Below, piece after piece: positions 1 to 13,000 of a stretch of DNA of 64,000 nt (the stretch's first letter is position 1; the number at the start of each line of letters is the position of its first letter). Made by a program: the position numbers and the translations under genes. This DNA comes from Bilabrum cf. latius (Eukaryota), in contig OZ237739.1 in assembly GCA_965178125.1 (NCBI GenBank), positions 682,001 through 746,000 on the forward strand, read 5' to 3'. Below the pieces are notes generated by a model. It saw only the letters and a list, made by a program, of their open reading frames with translations, was not told where the DNA came from and searched no databases.

Positions 1-11
1 CACCAATCACT

Positions 12-3000
12 TCACTTTGAAAGCTTGGACTGCACTGCCAGTCCAGAAGGCTGTTCATTGCTCCACTTCCCTGTGCGTCGATTCACGAACACGACGGTGC
101 CATCAGTGCCAGCCACCCGCTCCCACTCCGAGCCCTCCCCAGGGCCTGCACCGGCACCGGCACCTCCGCCGGCAGCCGTGCCACTGCCTCCAGCGGCACG
201 TACCATACCGTCAACCCGCTGTACTTTGGGTGTACGACCTCCTTCTACCCCGCGGTCGCGCCGCTTTCCCGAACCTTTGCCGCCCCCATCGTCGTCCCCG
301 CCTGCTCCACCTCGCCGTGCCACTATTCCTACTCCTGCTGCTCCCAGGTCAGCGTCCAGTCTGGCCTTAGCCTTGGCACCCGCCGCAAACTGGGCTTTCT
401 TCTCCTATCGCAGTGCCCGAAGTCTCTTTTCCCTGGCCTGCGCCGCCGCTCTGCTGCTGCCCGTCTCCTGCTGCCGGCTCGCCTCTTCCGCTCGCCTGAG
501 CCGAGCCGCCCTCTCCTCCTCCGCCAGCGTCCTTCTAGCTCCGAGGAGACGGCCGGAGCCTCCAAGTGCCATGCGAGAGTAGGTTTGGATGGTGCCACTG
601 CCAGTGAACAATGGGCTGAACTTGTGCCTTGCTGCATGCCTGCGCGTGATGACGCCCATTTTGAGCAGCTTGCTGGCATCCGTGGTCCACCGGGGCATAG
701 TCCATCGGCTTTCGCCAGTTTCTGCGCAGTAGTAGAAGTGCGACAGATGGTCCTCAGCTGTATCACCGGTATCGATGCCGGTGAACTGCTGCTATGAATC
801 GTCCTCGGGCTGATGCGGAACGAGCTCCCAAGCACTCGGGTCCTTCTCTGCATCGTCGCCGCCGAACACGGGAGGCTCCTTGGAATACTCGGCCCGCTGC
901 TCCCGCTTACCACGGAAGGAAGACGATGAAGCGGAAGACACATTCCGGTCAGACAGGGTCTGATCTGCCCCTGCTCCGCTGGCTGGCTCGGGCTCCAGGC
1001 GGTCCGTCTCACCAACCCTGGGATCGCTGCCATCATCAGCGTCCCCATCAAAGCCGCCCTCCTCGTCCTCGTCTTCGCCGCTACCCCCGTTGCCTGTTTC
1101 GTCCTCGAATCGAAGTCGAGCCAGCAGGAACTCGCCCCTTCGGTTGAACGCGCCGCCGGGCGGAGGGCGAGGCAAACGGCCTCGCCACACACCGGCACAC
1201 TCCCACCCTCCGCCAGTCACAGCTCCGTTCCCCGTGACCACACCCATGAGCCTAAGAGTGTCCCAGTACCTGCTAACCGATGGAAGCACCCATACCGTCC
1301 TCTTACTCCTCGGGTTGAAGAAGTACTCCTGCCCGTCCTTGGTGTACAGCTTGTCCCACTCCTCCGGTAGGCCTTCCTCCTCCACCGTGTGCGCAAGTCT
1401 GCGGATGGCGTCGCGAACGCGGTACCCTCGCCACACCCTCGCAAAATCTTTTGCGATGTTGCTGCGCCGGACTTCTTCGAATGCCTCCAGCGCCGCAGCA
1501 GAGTCATCCGCAGCGCGCTGCTCCTGCCTCTTGAGATACGCCTCAAACCCGTCATAGTCCTTCCCAGCGGCCTGCAAGACGTAAGACAGGAGGTTCACGG
1601 CATGCTGATTCCTCGGTTCTATATCGATGGCATCCAAGAGAACCCGCTCAGCCTGCCAGTGCTCCCCCTTGAGTGCAGATAGCAGCGCCCCCCAGCTCAT
1701 TAGCGCGACTTGGTCGTGCTTGTCGTGGTCATAGGCGTGCTGGAAGAAGCCCAGCTCAGCCATGGCAAAAACTGACAGATTGCGAGACACGCTCCGCTGG
1801 CCAGGTTTTTCCCTCAGGACATCTTCGGCGGACCGGGCACGCTCGATCATCACCTCGATTACGTCGAAGGACTCTTCCTGGGTCACCATGAGCAGGAGCG
1901 CAAAGCCGTACAGGATCACTGGTTCGTCTGGGCCTCGTCGGGTCATCCAGTCCAGCAGCCCCACGTACATCTGCCTTGCCCTAGCCAGGTCACGCTTGAT
2001 TGTCTGCTGGTAGAGCGCGTAGTTTACCCTCGCTGCAACATCCGTCGGCCGCTCCAGGTAGGAGTCCTCTGCCTGGCGCATCACCCGCTTGGCCTTGACA
2101 CACCGCATGACTGCCTTCCGCAGACGGGCAGCTCGGTATGACAGCGCAACGTGGCTGCTGGCGTAGTCCTCCTCCCGGATGTGGCCGATGCGTCTGTTCT
2201 CATCGCCCTGCCGGCTGGCAGCTCTATCAGCCCGCACCCACTCGAGGGGCTAGTGCCAACCTGCGGCATCGCTCGGGATGCTGGGGTCAACAACTTGAAG
2301 ACCGGTTGGCTCTGCAATCGAATGAGACAACGAGTGCCCCTGGAGCTGTCTGGCAAGGGCAAGAAACGCATGAGCGCGTTCAAGCCAAGCATCGCTCTTT
2401 CCACCCACCCTAGACTCTCCTTGCGATCCGCGCATGGCAGGCATATCACAAGGATGCAGGCACGCGGATGGCAGGGGCCTCCACCAACCGTGCTGGGTGT
2501 GTGGTCGCAGCCTTCGCGCGGCAGTGTCCAAGTCCCAGTCTCCTTGTGGCAGAGGGGTCCGGCAGCACAAGGGCCAGTCCTGCTGGACCTACCACGGCCA
2601 CATTTTCCCCACGAGGACCGGATCCATCCGTGCCGATGAGTCTGGCACGTAGAATTTAGGCAGAACTCGCACGGCAGGCACTGGCCGCTCGCCCGGGTCA
2701 TACTTGGCTGACATCAGCCGGCCATCAGGACCCTCTGGTAGCAGGGCAAACTCGCTCCAGCCGTTTCGGCGTCGCAGTAGCAGGCCTCGCTCCTTGGCCA
2801 ACTGCTAGAAATAGGATTCTTCCTGCTGACCACTTGGCGGCCAAAAGGCAGACGCTGCACGGATCCATCGCACAAATACCCTGACGCGAAAGCCCAGATA
2901 CACCCTTTGAATCGTCCAAGCAGCCCACTGTTCGGACTGTTTCTTGTGTTCAGCATACCATGTGAGGACGCCTTGCCGACCACGCCAGATGCGTTGTAGT

Positions 3001-6000
3001 GCAGTTGCACCGTCACGCTCCCTGCGCTTCAAATCGACCACCTTTCGCGCACGGAAGCAGCGGAATGCGCATTGCACAATCAGTGAGGCAGCTGACATCT
3101 CCCTAACCGCCCGCATTGCCCTCCTCGCGCGCGAGCGACGGAACGCGCGCTGCATAGCTCGCGCTGCCTGGCTGCGTTGGATCTGAATTTCGAGCAAGGC
3201 CTGCTCGCGCTGCTTGTCCCTCCTGTAGTCCTCCACCGTCGCATCATCCACCTCAGCCTTGGCGGGGTTTCGCCGCCTTCGCAGTTCCTTGCGACCCAGA
3301 CGAGCGACTTCAAGCGGGTCGTCGTCCTGCGTCTCACCGGAGACAGTGTGTCTGAACCGCACCCTACCCCGAGTTGTGTCTACAAAGGGTTCCCAGCCGC
3401 CCCCAAGCTCGTCCGGTCGCTGCTCCGTCTCCTCGCCGGTGATTCGGTGCCGCCAAATCGTCTTTCCATCAAGCAACCTCACGCTCTCCGACCAGTCTCC
3501 TCGCTTGCCGAAACTGAAGCCCCCGGATGCGACCAAACGGCCGCCAGCCGTGGCTAGCGGCCTGCTATGATGCGCAGCCTGCCCGTTGGCTTGTGGGCTG
3601 CGAAGACCGACCCCCAGCCGGGGCAAGGATGTTGCATCAAGCGAACCAAGCGGGGCTGTCTTGAACACGGAATCATCAAGGTGTTGCTTATGCTGCATCG
3701 ATCGGCTGTCCGACTGTCCAAAGGCACTGGTGACGGAGCCAGCTGGCCCTTCGGCAGACGACGCAGATCCACGCTACGATTGTCCCCAAGTGCTCGACGG
3801 GCTCGCCAGCTCGACAGCATGGGCGGTATCCTCATCGATAGAGAGCTGAGACTCGAACCCAGGGCTGGTCGGTCCCCCGAAATGGGGCGTGCTCTGCTGC
3901 ATCGAGGTACCCAGGGCAGCAGGCAGACCACCCGGACGAGCGGTCCCGCGCGATGACGTACCAAATACAGAGTCGTCCCGCTTCAGCGATGACGCAGCAT
4001 CCGGTGCATAACTCAGTCGAGCCCCAATTCCCTTGAACTCGTGAGCGGGAGTAGCCGGTCGCAGCGCGCCAAACCGAGTCTCCGTGAGCTTGTCCAGTGC
4101 CTCCTGACCGTGACCGTGCCCAGTGCTTGAGGATCTTGCCGATCGATCTCCATCTGTAATGTGCTCATCCTGCGCCTACCCAGCCACTGCTTCTGCGTCT
4201 TCCTTCACAAGCCTGGCCTCTCCGCTGCCGGAAACGACCACCTCGACAAACTCAGCGAGCAGCAATCTCTCGAGCTTAGCTGAGCCGCACATGCGGGCCT
4301 CGCCGAGGGCTGTCCTGCCCTAGAAGTTCTTGATGTTGGCATCTAGCTCGTGCTGCAGCAGGAGCTCTGCGCAGTCTGCGGCGTCCAGGGCAGCGCAGAC
4401 GTGAAGGGCAGTCTCCCCACGGAAGTTCGTGTCGTCAGGTACAGCCGCATTGTTCAGCAGTTCTGCCACTGCAGGGGCAATCCCAAGCCTGCAGGCCATG
4501 TGCAGCGCCGTGTCACCAGCCGAGTTCTGAATGCGCACGTCTGCATCACCCTCCACAAGTGATGCCAGCATTTCCGCAGAAATCTGCGCCGGTTCCGCAT
4601 TCACCTCCTCAGAATTCCCATGGGCACCAGAAGCAGCGTCACTCCCAGTTGGGCCAGGTGAATCCGAGGCCTCTTCTGTGACCGAATCGCCACTTGCTTC
4701 CGCTCGGTATCCCTGTCCTTCTTGCTTCTCCAGTCCAGCGTACAAGGCAGCGTAGTGCAGAGCCGTGTTCCCGATCCTGTCTTTCAGTGCTGTGTCGGCT
4801 CCGCTGTGCACGAGCAAGGCGACCATCGCGCTGTGGCCAGACTCCACAGCCACATGAAGCGGAGATTTTCCCTCGTACTGCCTTGGATTCGGCACTGCGC
4901 CTGCTACTAGTAACGAACTTGCAATCTGAACACTGCCACGCCTAGCAACGACGTGCAGGGGGGTCTCTGCCTTGCTGTCCCTCGCATTCGGTGACAATCG
5001 CCACTTTCCTTGCAGGAGTACGTCAACGGTAGTCAAATTTCCAAACTAGCACGCTAAATGCAAGGCAGTTTGACGCTGTGCGTCCACGATACCGCCCTTG
5101 GCAACGTTCTGCAGGAGAACCTCACAGCTGTCTGCGCGGCCGTGTTTGGCCGCAAGCATGAGCGGAGTCAGGCCCTCAGTATCCTATATCTCTGTGTCGG
5201 CACCTCGAGACACAACGTAGTCCAGCAGCTCCATCTGCTTTGGAAACGGGCGCGCCGTCGCAAGCACGTGCACAACGGTACGACCTGTTGCGTCCTGCTG
5301 GTCGGCGTTGGCCCCAGCTCGCAGGCAGGCTTTCACGATCCGCCTGCTGCCGTGGGTCGCGGCACGCATAAGCATGTTTCGGCCATCTCGATCCTGGGTA
5401 GTTGCCCAGTAGAAAGCATGTTCGCCGTAGAGATAAGGCAGCAGCACGTCAGCCTCCTTCTCGTCCGCAAGACGCATCATGAGCTCGATGCGCTCGAATG
5501 CAACGTCGCGCCTAGCTAGATGGCCCCGCACGATGCGCTGTATACTAGTGGCGGATTCTGCGAAGTGTCGATCCCACGCATCTCGCCGGGAGAATGCATA
5601 TGCTCGCCAGGCGCGCTAAACGCTGCGAGCTGATCTGCTCCACGTCCTTATTCTCCTTGCTAGCCGCCTTGCGCCGTAAGCTCGCCAGCGTGACTGTATC
5701 ACCGTGGCCGCAAGTCGCTGTCGCCGCATAGTTGCCACCAAGAACTGAGCTCGTCGTGCCCTGTACACTGCTTGCAGACCCAGTGCCACTGCTAGCCTTG
5801 CCTGTTTGCAGCTGGTTGCAGAATCTCGCCAGTCGTGGAATCTGCCCCGAAGCGATGTATCCATGGCGCGCTTAAACATTGCCGCCACCTGCTTGTTCCG
5901 CCTCACGACCCCTCTCCAGAGCAGCAGGCAGGAGCTCTCCAGTCTCCTCTGGATTCGTCCGAGAGACAACTTGATCAGTCGCTGCCGCCGCGCTTGCTCT

Positions 6001-9000
6001 CGCTGCACGGCCACTGCCAAGTGCCTGCCTGCGAAACCTCGCCAGAGAGACTGCAAACCTCGAGCAGCACGGTGCATTGCAACGAGTCGGCGCGCAAATC
6101 TTCCACGGTACCGCTGCTGTAGACCCGAAGCAACACGAAGCCTCGCGTCCCTGCAAGCGCGAGCGTGCGCATAGAGGCCCCCCACGAGCACATGCCTCTA
6201 CCGCGACGTGGTGATTCGACGATACAGAGCCCTGGCACCGCGCCTTCTGTCCCAGTGGCGCTTCCAACCGTTGAACGCAGAACGCTGTACCCGTGTAAGT
6301 ACGTGCTTTAAGAAGCTCTACGCCTTGGAATGCTTGGTTGCGTTCACCTTGCGCATGATCTGATAGTCCTCTCTGGCCCGTCGGCCAAGCCACAGCCTCT
6401 CAAGATGGCCGGCAATCCTCCGCGCCGACTTGTGCTAGTCACTTCTCTGCTTCCATAGCTTAAACCGCTCTTTGATTCTCCGGTTGGTGCCCTTTCTCGC
6501 GCTGCTCTCCAACTGTGCCCATCTTGCCCAAGCTGAGAAAACCCGGCCGACATGCCTTCCCTGCATTTCGTGCACAAACCGGCGCACAATGTGCCTCTTA
6601 AGGCCTAATTCGTGGTCCATCAAACGTATGAGCTGCTCCTGTTGCTCTCTGAGCAGCCTTTCGATAGCAGCTTCCCGATCACTCTCAATTTCATCCTTGC
6701 GGCGCTGCACATCGACCTGGGCCTCTTGCCGAATGCGGTCGCGCTCGAGTCTATCTCGATATGCGTGCTAGATGCGAGTGGCTGCGCGTTCAGATAGCTC
6801 CATGGCAAAGTGTTGTACGTCATCTACAACGGCATCATGCGCGTCGAGCTAATGGATCGCACCGTTGTTGATGCTGTCGCTGACGTCCTGCGGGCTCGGC
6901 GGCCGCGTGCGCAAGCGGTCAAACTCATCCAGAGCCGCCTCTAGGTGCCAAGGGATGCAGGCATCCCAGAGGCTTTCGTATACGTTGTGAGCTGGAGAGT
7001 CGCCGGGATACGGAAGCTTGCCCGCCAGAGCGAGGACTCCAGGCGGTGCCCCGCTAGTACTACCACCAGGCTCATGCTGCCGGCGGGAGATCCACCTCTG
7101 CTCTAGCCTGAGCATGCTGAGCCTAAACGCGGCCAATCCTCGGCGGAGAGCAGGTCCTTGGTCCATGGCAAATCGCGTATTTCGAGGATCTTTCTTATCT
7201 CTTCGGGCAATAGGAGGCAGTGGTGCCGGTTTCCGTCCAAAGCCGGCGCCAGACGCCGCATCGATGGTGGCCCACGATGCCTCTTCCGCCTCCTTGGCTT
7301 GAGCTGCCCTTCGCGCTGCCTTTGCGAGCGATTTTTCAAGCCTCGCTATCTCTCGACCAAGCTATTCTTTCCTGGCTATTTGCCTGGATGCCTTGGCTGC
7401 GAGTTCGGCTTTCTTGTCAAAATCGGATGGCTTGCCTGTCCACCTGCCGTTCAGCAGCATTTCGTCGCTCTAGTTTGTTTCAATAGCCTAATTGATGCGT
7501 GTCAGCGAATTTTGGCACACCTACAGCTGCTGGTGAACCTCTTGCTCATCTGAAGCAGCCTGTTTGGCTGCTGCAGCTGCACGAAGCACACGATCGGGGC
7601 GAGTGCCGGTTGCACTTCCAGGCTCAGCCTAGACATTCTGTTGCAGAGGGCCGTCATGCTCCAACGCTGAACGGCGAACGTCGTCATCTGACGCTGCAAC
7701 AGCGCTATAAACGAACCGGAAGAATTCCCGTGTATCTGCCAGCGGCACTGCAAAACCATCCAGCTGCCGCAGCACGCCGGATTTGATGAGGGCACAGCAG
7801 GCTGTGTCAACCAGCCGCTGTGCACACCCTCTCAGCGGTCTCGACATCGCCTCTCCCGATGGTATCTCATCGTTTGATCCATTTCCTCCACTTGCATGGC
7901 TCGAATGCACGCTCTGCACGCGCTTCTGGTCGCGTGGGACAAGGTCTGCAGGTGGCTCGCAAGCCGAACCTTGTCGGGCCTCAAAGGCAGCACGCAGCAC
8001 CACCTGGACCGCTTCAACCGACAAGAACACTCTACCAACTTGTCCTGACAGTCGATCGTCCCGCAAGGACACAAATGCTTTCTCAAGTGGAACCGCTCGT
8101 CCCTGGTACTCGTCTGCATACCCCTGCCTGGATCTGAGGTTCAGGCCAAGCATGGCGCTGGCCGCCCTCCGTACGGCTAGCATTGCACTCAAAGCCAAAG
8201 GATCGTCCGACTGCCTCAGTAGCCTGCTGAAGTGCGCCACTTCGGGGAATGCGGGGGGCAACATGGATTGATCCACACTAGAGGGGTCGTCGTCGCCTGG
8301 CGAGACATCCACTGTCTGCTGAGTACCTGAGCGCTGGCTTGTTTCCGCACGTGTACGGGGCTTGGCCATGTGGTGCATTGACAGCATCCAGCGGTCTACA
8401 AAGGTGTGGCATGCCGCCGGAAGGCCAGCCTTCCTCCTCATCTGCCTTGCCACGCAGGCCGGAAAGTCACGGGTCGGGTCAACAGACAGGTCACCGGATG
8501 AAATGGCAGCAGCATCTGATACCTCGTCTAGCACATCCTCTACTGTAGACAAGGTACTGCGCGGATCCATCAGTTTGAACGGCTTGCTTGCATGTCTACT
8601 GCTGGAGATGGCGGGGAGCGGTGCCTTGGCAGAGCTCCGAGGCGATGCCTCTTCCGCGCTGCCCTGCCCCCACGCCACTCTCTATGGCAGCACGTCCCTG
8701 CGAGGTGCATCGGCATCGGCATCGGCATCAACCCGACCCGGTCGCCCAGCAAGGGATGAGGAAGACTTGGTGTGGTGCAGCCGAGCAGGCATGGTGCCTC
8801 CCAGCCCGGCAAACGGTGAATCCGGTCTCAGATGGCGCTGGCGGCTGCGGCCAGTCCTCGTCCTGCCTCTGGCCTTGCCGCGCCCGCTGCCCAATCCACC
8901 GGTGGATTCGCGTTCCAAGTGCCTCGAGGAGCCCGCGCTGCCTGGTGCTCGTCTTGTACCGCCCGCGATGTGCCTGTCGCGAGCATTCTCTAGGTCCTTT

Positions 9001-9758
9001 GCATTCCTTCTGCTCGCATGATGACCGCTGCCGCTGCCGACCGCGCTAGTTCCGCCTCGAGGCCTGGTGCCAAGCCGCTTCACCGCAACACGCGCTCTAC
9101 TGCTCTTTTCAATTGCTCTTGGCCGAGGTACTAGACGGTCCAACGCAGAGTAGAAGGAATAGTACTGCTGGCGAAGGACCTCTTGGGCACCAATCATGGC
9201 TGGACTGGGGTCTCCTGCGGGGTCCGAGCCGCTTGCCGCCACGGCGGCGAGTTTTTCGTCACCTACGGCGCCAGCCGCAGCAGGTTTCCAGGTGGTTTGC
9301 AGCGATGGCAACTTTGGTGCAATGCTGGATTGTTTTCCTGATACATCCATGCCCACCTCGCGATCCACTCCACGGTCAGCGAGCTGTATTCGCAACTCCT
9401 CCGTGACCTCTGCGTAACCCACGTTCGCTTCGATTTCAGCAGCACTTCTATAGCGACTTGGGGAGCTCGAAATGCCCTAATAAGTTGATGCTAGCGGAGC
9501 TTCTTGGGATTCATGCTCCTCCAAGAGCGCACGATTGCCTTTGTTTCTGGCAATATCGCTCTGTTTCGTTTCCTCCTACTCGTCAATATCAAAGGCATTT
9601 CGCAATTCGGCCACGGATAAACTTGCCAGACTTTGCTGTTTGTCTCTTCTCTTCTTTCGAAGTCTTCTTGATCGGTCAGACTGTTTCACAGTCTAATCAA
9701 TGGAGAATGGCGACTGTACAACCCCACCTGCTGCACTAAACCACTCATTACGCTACAT
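12..9758 (-). CDS. Giant (~3248 aa) intronless protein with IQ motifs, ankyrin repeats, WW domains and a TPR-like segment (TAG read as Gln)
   Basis: ORF pieces 8682-9422, 7629-8678, 6849-7166, 6435-6710, 5616-6191, 5184-5531, 4320-5036, 2805-3698, 2589-2801, 2250-2570, 792-2237, 405-698 and 12-323 share one frame and are separated only by TAG (~26). ATG at 9758, TGA at 14-12. IQ motifs (AATRI*HAYR, ARSV*RAWR, ATVIQSRWR), ankyrin repeats (GKSPLHVAV, GNTALHYAA, EI*DTEGLTPLMLAA), WW domains (EEWDKLYTKDGQEYFFNPRSKRTVWVLP; WERVAGTDGTVVFVNRRTGKWS). Confidence 0.85.
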
Positions 9759-10075
9759 AGACCGAACAATATTCACAACTAAACTACTCGTGGCACAATG
9801 TAAGCCATTACGCCGATATTACTGGGCTTGAAGCCACCCCAAAGCATTATTGCGAACGGATTCAACAGAACGTTCACTAGGGTTCCTTGGCTGCGAAATG
9901 GCGCGCTGAGCGCCGCGCTCGGTTCGTACCAATAACAACAGCCAGGATAGCTTAAAATAGCTTGGTAGATGTTCCACGGGGAAGTTTAAATTAGTTATTC
10001 CTGGTAACTTTGGCCTGCGAGGCGTCAGTACAGCTAGCCGTTTCCTTAACTTCAGCTGACGCGTGCGCTGACAAC
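9759..10075. promoter_or_regulatory. Short AT-richer divergent (head-to-head) intergenic region, likely bidirectional promoter
   Basis: 317 bp between the ATG at 9758 (-) and the ATG at 10076 (+); lower GC than the flanking CDS. Function is inferred from position. Confidence 0.45.
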
Positions 10076-13000
10076 ATGGCTGCGATGGAAGTCTTGATGC
10101 TGCTGGAAGGCCGGGCCCTCGAAAGAGTATACGACGAGTTCAAGAAGAAGGCAGATGAAACAGATGGCGATGGGCTGACTCTCGATGAGTTTATTACTGC
10201 GTGCCTCAAGAACATTGAGTCCACTGATGCTACCCGCGTTGAGCTCGTCGACCAGCTGACGGAGCTATTTGCGGCAATCGATGTCAATGGAGACGAGTAG
10301 TTGGAGTGGTCTGAGTTTATTGGATTCATTGCAGAAGCCGGTGTTATGAGTTCTGTCAAGAAACTGCCGCCTAGGCCCTTCCGGTACGCATTCGATGCAA
10401 TGTTCGTTGACCGGTGTTCAAGACCAGATTGCAAGCAGATCCTAAAGCTGCAGCGCTCTAGCGGCAGGAGAGGCTGCATTTACGCTCTTGAGGATGAAAT
10501 TAGCGAAATTAGAATCTACGATTAGATCTGCAGTGCGCAAATCGGATCCATCAACGTGGACCCCAACCATCGAGCCGGGCAGCCGCCACTCTTTGCAATC
10601 GATATGGAGTTGATCGCGGAGCATCGGCTGGTCGCAGTCATGCTTAGTAGCTACACAATTGGACTTTGGCACACGGCGGGGTAGCAGTCGTGTCACGGCA
10701 TGCTGCCTCGGCGAGGAGCACACCCAAGTTGCATGTGCTGGAATGCAGACTCCAACCGCCTATTCGTCGGCTGCAAGGATGGCAGGGTCCAGGTGTTTGA
10801 CGTGGAATCGAGAAAGCTCGTCGCTGAAATACGAGCGCACGCAGACGTCGTCACCAGCATCTTATCTGTGTATACGGGATCGACCGGCTCCATCGTCACC
10901 CACGGCCTGGACAAGAAAGTGCAGCTGTGGGACGCAACCCTCGGTTCTACTCGGCCACAGCCCATCGTAGGAACCAAGCAGATTCTAAATTGTCTCACAT
11001 GGATGCCGAAGAACGCCAAGCTATTGGCCGCGACGCACGGTGGCGGCGGGGAGATTATTGCGTGGGACTTGGCGATCACGGGAGTGGCATTCTAGCTGGT
11101 TGGCCACCAGAGTGACGTGGTCGCCATGAGCCCGGTGCACAACGATTCAAGGCTGGAGCGCCTGGTGTCTGTCGATTCCACCTGCATGTTTCGCGTGTGG
11201 GAGCTGTACGAATCGGCCACTGGTGAGATCCCGTGCCTGACCGTGTTCAGCCCGCCTGCGGTGTCCGTGCAGCAACCCAACTGCATGCTCGTCCTCTCAT
11301 TCAGAGACGAGAGCAATTCCGGTGGACAACAAGCCATAGGCGACGGGCGCGCTATGGGAGGGGCCAGTGGCAGCAGGTCTGATAGTGAAAGGCAGGCCGC
11401 CGCAGTGACTCGGTCATTGAAGCGGAAAGACGAGAACCCACCGGCCCTTCTTGGAGTCGCTGACGAGCACACCATTGTGCTGGCTGGGATGCGCATGCAG
11501 CTGTACCGTCACACCTTCTTTGTGCCCGGGTCTATTGTCAATGTGGCCGTTCACAATCCAGTGTCACATGCTTTCGTGACTTGCGTCGGGACAGAGCTAT
11601 CTGTCTGGGACGACCACAATGGGCGGAAGACCCTTGAGCTTCCCAAAGTCTTCCCCACTGACGCAACTGCGATCTGTTTCGACGACCGCAAGCGCAAATT
11701 GATTATTGGGAAGGCTGATGGAGTCATCACTGCTTATAATTGCTTGAACGGGGCGGAAATGAAGGAGGTCAGTGTTCCGCATGCGGCCGAGGTCACGAGC
11801 CTCGTGTACCACGTCAAGGACAGGAACCTGGTGTCTACGTCGCGAGATGGAAGCATCATGGTGCACGACGAAGAGCCGCAGGAATCGATAGAGACATTAC
11901 GGTACGTTTAGAATGCGCACGACGGTGAGTGTACGTGCGGCGCTGTCAGTGAGGAGCTGGCCTATATCGCGTCCGGTGGGGCTGACGGTGTCGTCAGGGT
12001 GTGGGACTACGAGTCTCTCGAGCTTATCGTGGAGCTAGTGCATGAGATCAGCAACAGGACCAGCATAGATAGCCATAACATAGATCCTAAAGCTGCGGTG
12101 GCACCTCCTGTCCGAGGCGGCAGCGTGCGAATGCACTCGTCTGCAGGTGCAATGGCGACACCTGCGGTGCTGCCCGGTGTTCGGGGCCGTGTCGGTCCGT
12201 CCATTCTATCGCTGAAACTATCGGGTGCCCGCCCGCTTCTGGTGTCGTCAGACGCTGCAGGTACTATTCGATTGTGGGGCTTACAGGCAGCCCCAGTCTC
12301 GAGAGAGTTTACCCACATTGCTGCGTTCTCGCACACTTTTCCGCAGGCCCGTTCCGTGCTCGATACGTCCCCACCAAGTGGTCGAGCAAGCCTCCGTGCT
12401 ATCCGAGCCGCAGTTGCCATGTCAAAGCCATCTCACCTGCATCAATCCGGACAGATCTCTCAGGCGGCTGCTCGGTAGCTGGCAGCACTCAGGAAAAAGC
12501 GGAGGCCTGCCGGAGTCCGGTTACCAGTGGAGGATGAGGCCAGTCGGTGGTGGGAGGGAGAGCTATAGAGGAACAGCTACATCTCGCGAGTGATTGACTT
12601 CTTGTTGGAGCGAAGCAAGCGAGCAGGCCTCCTTGCACCTCAGAGCAAAGCAGACAAGTAGCGGGAATAGAGAATCTAGGCGGCAGTCGCAACTGCGTCC
12701 GATCGTGGCCTCACTCCGGAACAAGCTGCAGCTGAGGCTGAGAAAATGAGCGGTGTCGACGGCGACGACAAGGCTTCAGTTGCAGCACTGTATGCTATTG
12801 CAAATGCTTCGCTTATCCGAGACGAGATGCAGCGCCTAACAGCAGCCCAAAAGAATCCGAGAATGCGACAGGTAGTCGAGGCTACTGCCGAAGCGGCTCA
12901 CTTGATTGGGCTTGAATTCGACCTTGAGGCACTGGACATGCTAGCCCAGGCAACCGTTGGTCAAAATTCATCCACAGAGACCTATAAAGACTGCAGAGCT